A stretch of 34,174 nt of DNA from Promethearchaeota archaeon (GTDB taxonomy: Archaea > Asgardarchaeota > Lokiarchaeia > Sigyniarchaeales > SOKP01): assembly GCA_048938895.1 (NCBI GenBank), contig JBHLLU010000024.1, forward strand, positions 1 to 34,174, read 5' to 3'. The notes under the pieces are model-generated. The model made no database searches and was not told where the DNA came from. It was given only the letters and a program-made list of their open reading frames with translations. The translations under genes were made by a program, and so were the position numbers. Positions 27,660-34,174 of the stretch are shown here, one piece after another. Positions within the stretch are counted from its first letter, which is position 1. Every line of letters starts with the position of its first letter.

Positions 27660-28601
27660 TTAAAACTGAATTTTCTTTATAGTTTTTAAAATTTTTACTT
27701 TTTCAATTAATTCTTGATTTACTATAGGTTCCTTATCTTCTGGTTCAATAATAAACCAAGGAACATTATTTAATACACGGTTTTTAAACTGTTTATTATG
27801 ACCATAAAGCCTAATTGGTAATAGGGGATGTATCATATTACCTATGGATTCACCATGGTCTGCGGTTATAATAGTTCTCCCAGGTAAACTGTTTATTAAC
27901 TTTTTTAAATACGGAAAAGTTTTGATTAAATTTCTCTTATACAGTTCAAAATGATCTTTTCTTGAGATTATGCGATAAAAATCTACACTATATAAAGCAA
28001 AGATCTTTCTATTTAGGGGCTTATTTTTTTTCTTTTTTTGAATCTCTTCAGAACAAACTGAATTTCTTAATCTTTGGGTAGCTTCAGCACCAAAAGAATA
28101 TCCGATATAAGGAAAATGGGGTTGCATAAAATGAATAATAATTCGTTTCTTTGGAAACTTTAATATAGCATCTATAGAGTGCTCATACATAGTTTCTGGT
28201 AATACGGTAGAGTATTTTTCATTCCAATCATCTCTCCAAACTGAAATTAACTTATGAAACTTACCCTTATGAAATTTATCTACATAAGGATTTGCTGTTA
28301 TGTAAACAATATTTGGATAAGTCTTTTTTGAAAAATTTTCTGATAGAAAAGTGGATGTATGGCTTCCTCTCGATTTTACCTTTTTTAAAATTCCTTTCAA
28401 TCCACTTTTATTAATCTCTTGTTTAAAAATATCATATCTACAAGCATCCAATATTATAAGGTTATCCCATTCTTCATTAAGAATATAAATACCTTTATTT
28501 TTTTTGAAGACAATAGAACTGATCTTTAAAAGGAATTGATTTCTATAGAAAATAGGATCATACCAATTTTTAAGAATCTTCTTTAATATAGTTTGTTTCA
28601 T
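27660..28601 (-). CDS. Compact sulfatase-like AlkP-superfamily protein
   Basis: WDNLIILDACRYD, SRGSHT, YITANP, HFMQPHFPY, ITADHGE, GH…VPW. I recognise this type from archaeal glycosylation clusters. Confidence 0.82.
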   Translation of the reverse strand: MKQTILKKILKNWYDPIFYRNQFLLKISSIVFKKNKGIYILNEEWDNLIILDACRYDIFKQEINKSGLKGILKKVKSRGSHTSTFLSENFSKKTYPNIVYITANPYVDKFHKGKFHKLISVWRDDWNEKYSTVLPETMYEHSIDAILKFPKKRIIIHFMQPHFPYIGYSFGAEATQRLRNSVCSEEIQKKKKNKPLNRKIFALYSVDFYRIISRKDHFELYKRNLIKTFPYLKKLINSLPGRTIITADHGESIGNMIHPLLPIRLYGHNKQFKNRVLNNVPWFIIEPEDKEPIVNQELIEKVKILKTIKKIQF

Positions 28602-28769
28602 TTTTAATTTAAGCTATAGGTAAATAAATCCTTTAGATGATAGAAATTATAATATTAAATAATTTTTAATTTTCACGAACAATTGAATTCTAATAAAAAC
28701 CAATCCATTCATTTTAAAAACACAATTCTTTTTTAAAAAAAATTATTAAGTAATGGTTAAATTAAAAGG

Positions 28770-29597
28770 TTGATGAAATTAAAGAGACTCTTATTAAAAT
28801 TTGAAAGAATATATGAAAAATATGGAGTTTTAGTCGAAAGAGGGTATTTCTTAAAATATACTTTAATTTATAAATTCTACTTAAGATTATTAAAATGTTT
28901 TAAATTTTCACCCATAGTTCCAAAAAATGTAATATGGCGTAATACTACTTTAAAAACGAAAATCGAGTTAGAACAAGCAATTGATATTATTAAAAAATCA
29001 AAACTTAATATTAAAACAAATGTTATTGAAAAGAATTGGGACTCTTTAATAGCATTAAGCACTATACTTCAAAATACAGACAGAAATGCTGTTATCCTTG
29101 ATGCAGGTGGTCAACTTGATTCTTTAATTCTTCATTGGCTTTTTCAATTTGGATATAAGAACTTAAGTTGTTTGAATTTAACATTTAAAAAAAGAATCAA
29201 AAGAGGGAATATAGAATTTCTATCTGGAGATTTGACTATGACGAATTTTCCAAATAATTATTTTGATATAATTACTTGTATAAGTGTTATTGAACATGGA
29301 GTTGATAAAGAAAAATATTTCGAAGAAATGCATCGAATATTGAAAAAAGGTGGATTATTGATTACTTCTACGGATTATTGGGAAACAAAATTAGAAACAA
29401 GTAATAAATACATATATAATAACCCCGTTTATATATTTGATAAGAATTCTATCCAAAATCTATTAGAAAAGGCTAAAAGTAAGGGGTTTCAATTATTTGG
29501 CCCCGAAGTTGATTTAAGCTGTAGAGAAAAGGTTGTACATTGGCGGAGATTTAATTTAAAGTTTACATTCTTAATTTTTTGTCTGCAAAAAGATTAA
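28770..29597 (+). CDS. Class I SAM-dependent methyltransferase
   Basis: ILDAGG (motif I), GDL….FP..YFD.ITC.SVIEH, EM.RILKKGG.L..STD; ATG at 28773 follows the TTG. Confidence 0.88.
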   Translation: MMKLKRLLLKFERIYEKYGVLVERGYFLKYTLIYKFYLRLLKCFKFSPIVPKNVIWRNTTLKTKIELEQAIDIIKKSKLNIKTNVIEKNWDSLIALSTILQNTDRNAVILDAGGQLDSLILHWLFQFGYKNLSCLNLTFKKRIKRGNIEFLSGDLTMTNFPNNYFDIITCISVIEHGVDKEKYFEEMHRILKKGGLLITSTDYWETKLETSNKYIYNNPVYIFDKNSIQNLLEKAKSKGFQLFGPEVDLSCREKVVHWRRFNLKFTFLIFCLQKD

Positions 29598-29687
29598 TAA
29601 AGATTTCATAAGTTCCCCATTTCCCAAATTTCTTATCTTATAAAAATTTTAACATAACTATAGAATGGTATTATTCCATGAATCAGA

Positions 29688-31340
29688 ATGAGTGATAATG
29701 AAAATCAAGATGATTCAATGGAAATGAGGAAGGAATATAAAATTCTGGTAAAAAATTCCTTCTATTCATTTTTGAATAGTTATGGGGTTATTCTATTTAC
29801 AACTATAACCTCTTTTTTTACCGCAAGAATCATTTCGGCTGTAAATTGGGGTTTTCTAATACTAGCCTTATCCGCTGTAAATTTATTTGTCATAATTTTA
29901 ACTTTTTTTCCTCCAAGCCTTGGATATACTCTAAATTATTATGTTCCAAAATTTAGAGCTTCAAATCAAAATCGCAAGTTGAAATCGTTCTTAAAACAGA
30001 TACTGGTTATTAGATTATTTTTTGTTAGTTTGATATTTTTGATTGCAATGATTATAGCCATATTTTTTACAGAACTTCTTAAGGTTAATTTAGGTGCTTT
30101 TTCTCATTTGTTTTTCATTTTAGCACCACTTATCTTTATTAATGGATTTGGAAAAGCTATGTTTGACTTATATAGGTCTTTGAATATGTTTAGAACTGTT
30201 CTTGTTTTATTCTTTATAAAATATCTAATCCAAATTATATCTCTTATCTATTATTTTATTTTCTTTAGGCGTATCAGTGTTGAAGCACTTGCTTATATCA
30301 CCTTATTTTCAGATTTAGTTCCATTTATAATGGGTTTTCTATATATTTTTTTTATAGTACAATTTAAGATAGAAAACACAGAAGAGGATTCTCAATCTTA
30401 TAGTGAAACTATAAAAGATTTATATAGTTATGGTATTCATTTAAGCTTCCAGGGATTCATGGATACGTTTTTTAGAAATTTTAGAATACAAGCAGTCGGG
30501 TTTTTTGAAACACCTGATATTGTAACAGGATATAGTATTGGAGTTAATTATCGAAATGTAGCATTAGAAAGCATAGCATCACTAAATAAACCATTAATAA
30601 TCTCTTTTTCAGGTTTAGATTTAGCCGAAAAGAAGGATCAAGTTTTTAAAATTTTCAGATTAACTTTTCAGTATTTTAATTTATTGAATTTATTATTTAT
30701 CGGAATATTGTATTTTATGGCTGATATTTTCTTATTTTTAATATATGGAGTAGCATTTCTTAAGTTTTCTATGATCCTCAAATTGACTATTATTACGATG
30801 ATGTTTAGTGTTCAAGAGACACTCTTCTTTGCCCTTATTAGATCAAGCAAAAAAGTGAAGTTTATTATCCCAATTTCTATTCTTTCAATTATTTTGAGAT
30901 TACCCATTTTTCTTATCAGTTTATTCTTTTTTGGGATAATTGGAGCGTTAATCGGTGTTATAATTTCAAATACCCTTTATTTCATTATCCTTGCCCTCTT
31001 AAATAAAAAAATCTTTGAAATACAATTGAAACTTGGTAAGACAGCATTACAATACTTATCATTTATAATAGCTTTGGGTTTAACTATCCTTTTAGAATTC
31101 CTATTTTACAAGGGTCTCAATTATTATATGTTAAAAAGCCTAAATCTATTGATCTTTAAAAATTTTGTAGTTTTTTCTCTTATCACATTTATAATAGTCT
31201 ACATTGCCTTAAACATAATTTTCAAAATTCTTGCTCGTTCTGATATTGACAGTCTCGAATCATTTTTTCAGAAAGATACTTCTTTTCATAAACTGATAAG
31301 ATGGGGTTTTAAAATAATGAAAAAATTTATCAGAAGATAA
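29688..31340 (+). CDS. MOP-superfamily oligosaccharide flippase (Wzx/AglR-like)
   Basis: About 14 hydrophobic helices; KNS.YS…, ARI.S…WG, L..YVP, VTGY and FGIIGA patterns; glycosyltransferase neighbourhood. Confidence 0.8.
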   Translation: MSDNENQDDSMEMRKEYKILVKNSFYSFLNSYGVILFTTITSFFTARIISAVNWGFLILALSAVNLFVIILTFFPPSLGYTLNYYVPKFRASNQNRKLKSFLKQILVIRLFFVSLIFLIAMIIAIFFTELLKVNLGAFSHLFFILAPLIFINGFGKAMFDLYRSLNMFRTVLVLFFIKYLIQIISLIYYFIFFRRISVEALAYITLFSDLVPFIMGFLYIFFIVQFKIENTEEDSQSYSETIKDLYSYGIHLSFQGFMDTFFRNFRIQAVGFFETPDIVTGYSIGVNYRNVALESIASLNKPLIISFSGLDLAEKKDQVFKIFRLTFQYFNLLNLLFIGILYFMADIFLFLIYGVAFLKFSMILKLTIITMMFSVQETLFFALIRSSKKVKFIIPISILSIILRLPIFLISLFFFGIIGALIGVIISNTLYFIILALLNKKIFEIQLKLGKTALQYLSFIIALGLTILLEFLFYKGLNYYMLKSLNLLIFKNFVVFSLITFIIVYIALNIIFKILARSDIDSLESFFQKDTSFHKLIRWGFKIMKKFIRR

Positions 31341-31459
31341 TTTTAAACTTGAATATAAGGTAAGAAGAGATTATAAATTCTAATTTTTAAAAAAAAAAAC
31401 TATATTAATGATATCTAATTAGATTTAATTAATTATAATTATATCAAATTAAATTTAAG

Positions 31460-31699
31460 ATGTCAGATAATGAACACAAGGTAGAATATACCACAGTATC
31501 AATTCCAAAACCCCTTATTGAAAAGGTTAAAGAACGAATGAAAGGAACAGGTTTTTCATCCGTTTCTAGCTATGTTACTTATGTACTTAGACAAGTTTTA
31601 TCGTCAATTGAAGAAGAAGAACGTTCAAAACAAGCATTCACCAAGGAAGAAGAAGAGAAGGTTAAACAAAGATTAAGAGATTTAGGATACATTGATTAG
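31460..31699 (+). CDS. Ribbon-helix-helix (CopG-like) regulator with C-terminal EEE.VK.RL..LGY tail
   Basis: YTTVSIP..L.EKV…GFSSVSSYV.YVLR is an RHH pattern; the tail reads EEEEKVKQRLRDLGYID. Confidence 0.85.
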   Translation: MSDNEHKVEYTTVSIPKPLIEKVKERMKGTGFSSVSSYVTYVLRQVLSSIEEEERSKQAFTKEEEEKVKQRLRDLGYID

Positions 31700-31739
31700 A
31701 ATTTAGTAAAGAAATATATGATAAAAGGTTAGAAAAAAG

Positions 31740-32888
31740 ATGATAAAACCACATGGAGGAACATTAGTAAACAAGGAATTACCAAGATTTGAAAAAGAGA
31801 GAATCTTAGGAGAAATTAATGACTTTGAAAGGATTAAAGTCAGACCTGAAACCTTGAAAGTTATTAAGAACATCTCGTTTGGAGTTTTTAGTCCATTAGA
31901 AGGTTTCATGAATGAGAATGATTATCATTATGTGCTAGATACAATGTATTTGGAAAATGACATTGCTTGGCCATTTCCAATCACTTTAGATGTGTCTAAT
32001 GAAGAGATTAAGAATCTCAAAGCAGACGATCAAGTAATCCTTACAAATGGTAATGATATCCCAATAGCACTTATGAATATACAGACCATTTATAGTTATG
32101 AGAAAAAACAATATGCTGAAAAGACATATGGTACATTAGATAAAAACCATCCGGGAGTTCAAAATGTCTATGATTACCACGAAAACCTTATTGGAGGAGA
32201 GATTTTCTTAATTCATGAACCAAAAGCAATTTTCCCGGATCTAGACTTAAAGCCAGTTGAAACAAGAGTATTATTTAAAGAGAAAGGTTGGGATCGGGTT
32301 GTTGCATTTCAAACAAGGAATCCTCCCCATTTAGGTCATGAATACGTTCAGAAAGCGGGATTAACATATGTTGATGGCCTTTTTATAAATCCAGTTATTG
32401 GAAAAAAGAAACAAGGGGATTTTCTAGATGAAGTTATAATAGAATCATATAAAGCATTAATTGAAGAATATTATCCCAAAAACAGAGTTGTTTTAAGCAC
32501 TTTCGAAACAGAAATGCGCTATGCCGGTCCAAAAGAAGCAATTTTTCATGCAATCGCACGAAAAAATTTTGGATGCGATCACATCATTATCGGAAGAGAT
32601 CATGCAGGAGTAGGAGATTTTTATGGGCCATATGATGCTCATTTCATTTTCGATAATTTTCCTGATCTAGGTATTGAACCTATTAAATTTAGATCTTTTT
32701 CAAAGTGTAGTAAATGTGGTGCAGTTGTTAATGATAAAATCTGTCCACATCCACCCGAGATGCAGAATTTTTTTGCCGGTAGGGATATTAGAACAGCATT
32801 AATGGAAGGGAAGCAACCCAGTATAGAAGTGATGCGTCCCGAAGTAGCAAAAGTTATTCTAAAATATGAAAATCCATTTGTAGTTTAG
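31740..32888 (+). CDS. sat: Sulfate adenylyltransferase (ATP sulfurylase)
   Basis: PHGG.LV, G.FSPLEGFM, WP.PITL, HPGV, AFQTRNPPHLGHEY, MRYAGPKEA.FHAI.RKNFGC.H.IIGRDHAGVG, MRPEV. Confidence 0.97.
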   Translation: MIKPHGGTLVNKELPRFEKERILGEINDFERIKVRPETLKVIKNISFGVFSPLEGFMNENDYHYVLDTMYLENDIAWPFPITLDVSNEEIKNLKADDQVILTNGNDIPIALMNIQTIYSYEKKQYAEKTYGTLDKNHPGVQNVYDYHENLIGGEIFLIHEPKAIFPDLDLKPVETRVLFKEKGWDRVVAFQTRNPPHLGHEYVQKAGLTYVDGLFINPVIGKKKQGDFLDEVIIESYKALIEEYYPKNRVVLSTFETEMRYAGPKEAIFHAIARKNFGCDHIIIGRDHAGVGDFYGPYDAHFIFDNFPDLGIEPIKFRSFSKCSKCGAVVNDKICPHPPEMQNFFAGRDIRTALMEGKQPSIEVMRPEVAKVILKYENPFVV

Positions 32889-32940
32889 AATTTTATCATA
32901 ACCTATAATTTATTGATTTGAAATCAAAGGATATATAACT

Positions 32941-34174
32941 ATGGCAAAGAATAAAAAAAAGCTAGTTGTTATAGGATTAGATTGTGCAACCCCAAAAACT
33001 TTATTTGAAGATTTTCAGGATATTTGTCCAAATATACGGAAATTAATGGACACTGGAGTCTATGGGAAGCTTAGAACGTCTGATCCCCCAATTACAATTC
33101 CTGCTTGGATGGTAATGTCGACCGGGAAGAAAGCGGGAACATTAGGATTATATGGATTTAGGCATAGAAAAGAAAATTCTTATGATGACTTTTGGATAGC
33201 AACATCCTATAATATAAAAGAACAAAAAGTATGGGATATAATCGCAAAACAAGGGTTAAAATCGTGTATTTTAGGTTTACCTCCTACATATCCTGTGCAA
33301 AAAATTAACGGTAATCTTGTTTCAGGGTTTATTACTCCAGACTCCAGATCAGAATTTACCTATCCCCCCGAATTAAAAAAAGAAATTCAAGAAAATATTG
33401 GAGAATATATTTTTGATGTAAATTTCAGAGTAGAGAAAAAAGAAGATTTATTAAAGCAAATCTATGAAATGACAGAAATTCATTTTAAAACTGTGAAATA
33501 CTTAATAAAAAATAAAGAATGGAACTACTTTAAATTTGTAATCATAGGTTTGGATAGAATTCATCATGCATTTTGGAAATACTATGATAAAGATCACCAA
33601 AAATACGTGCAAGGTAATCAATTTGAGGATGTTTTAGAAAATTATTATTCTTATCTAGATAAAGAGATTGGAGAAATTCTAGAATTGTTAGATGAAAATA
33701 CCATTATTATGATTGTATCTGATCATGGAGCAAAAGCTATGAAGGGCTTAATCTGCGTAAATATGGCTTTAGAAAAATTAGGATTCCTAAAATTCAAATC
33801 AACACCACAACCAAGAACAAGGATAGGGGAAGCAGATATTGACTGGGATAATACATATGCCTGGGGCTGGGGGGGGTATTATGCAAGAATCTTCATGAAT
33901 GTAAAAGGAAGAGAACCTAATGGAATTATTAAGAAAGAAGAATACGAAAAATATCGTGATATTGTATCAAATAAATTAAGAAGTGTTAAGGATATGAATG
34001 GAAATCCAATGGATACAAAAATCTTCAAACCAGAAGAGTTGTATGACATAATTCGGGGAGATGCGCCTGATTTAATGGTATATTTTGATGATTTAAACTG
34101 GAGATCAGCAGGAACAGTAGGATATGATACAATGTATTTAACTGAAAATGACACTGGCCCTGATGATGCTGTTC
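32941..34174 (+). CDS. Alkaline-phosphatase-superfamily (type I phosphodiesterase-like) protein; 3' end runs off the window
   Basis: Manual translation gives MAKNKKKLVVIGLDCATP…LRTSDPPITIPAWMVMSTGK..G.LGLYGFRHR…GLDRIHHAFW…VSDHG…WGWGGYYARIF.NVKGREP.G…PDLMVYF…ENDTGPDDAV. Confidence 0.93.
   Translation, partial: MAKNKKKLVVIGLDCATPKTLFEDFQDICPNIRKLMDTGVYGKLRTSDPPITIPAWMVMSTGKKAGTLGLYGFRHRKENSYDDFWIATSYNIKEQKVWDIIAKQGLKSCILGLPPTYPVQKINGNLVSGFITPDSRSEFTYPPELKKEIQENIGEYIFDVNFRVEKKEDLLKQIYEMTEIHFKTVKYLIKNKEWNYFKFVIIGLDRIHHAFWKYYDKDHQKYVQGNQFEDVLENYYSYLDKEIGEILELLDENTIIMIVSDHGAKAMKGLICVNMALEKLGFLKFKSTPQPRTRIGEADIDWDNTYAWGWGGYYARIFMNVKGREPNGIIKKEEYEKYRDIVSNKLRSVKDMNGNPMDTKIFKPEELYDIIRGDAPDLMVYFDDLNWRSAGTVGYDTMYLTENDTGPDDAV

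Noticed and set aside
29678-29695. Five-codon uORF (MNQNE*) overlapping the flippase start
   Set aside because: Too short and featureless; easily arises by chance.
31740-32888. sat as evidence of dissimilatory sulfate reduction
   Set aside because: No aprAB, qmo or dsr in the window; the neighbours point to glycan modification.
23981-34154. Short ORFs at 23981, 28877, 31703 and 33879
   Set aside because: Antisense to the GT4, methyltransferase, sat and terminal AlkP genes.
1-34174. tRNA, rRNA, CRISPR arrays, integrases or transposases
   Set aside because: No GC-rich structured RNA genes, regularly spaced short repeats or recombinase motifs were recognised by eye.

Overview
AT-rich archaeal chromosomal window, most likely from a Lokiarchaeia (Asgard) genome. 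Support: an IPGY/Loki-CTERM-type sorting tail, archaeal-type PheS/PheT, PPAT and DUF1512 genes, and GGTG Shine-Dalgarno sites. Left to right it holds: (i) a minus-strand run aor - acyl-CoA ligase - SCP2 lipid carrier - NagD-like HAD phosphatase - ppdK (truncated by the window edge); (ii) DUF1512, divergent from a Zn-ribbon membrane protein and coaD; (iii) a 929-aa surface protein with a 638-bp exact internal duplication; (iv) pheS-pheT-pheA, then a bacterial-type RNase PH; (v) a ~16-kb glycan biosynthesis/modification cluster (Gmd, three GT4, one GT2, methyltransferase, flippase, four alkaline-phosphatase-superfamily proteins, an RHH regulator, ATP sulfurylase). The best candidates for undescribed biology are a Phe-rich leader peptide (…QFFCFFFILPRD*) overlapping a 12-bp hairpin upstream of pheST-pheA, which resembles a ribosome-mediated attenuator in an archaeon; three genes that appear to start at ATT/ATC codons 7-8 nt after a GGTG Shine-Dalgarno; and a possible glycan-sulfation route using AlkP-fold Thr-nucleophile enzymes. 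No rRNA, tRNA, CRISPR array or transposase was seen. All assignments come from motif recognition by eye; no searches were run.
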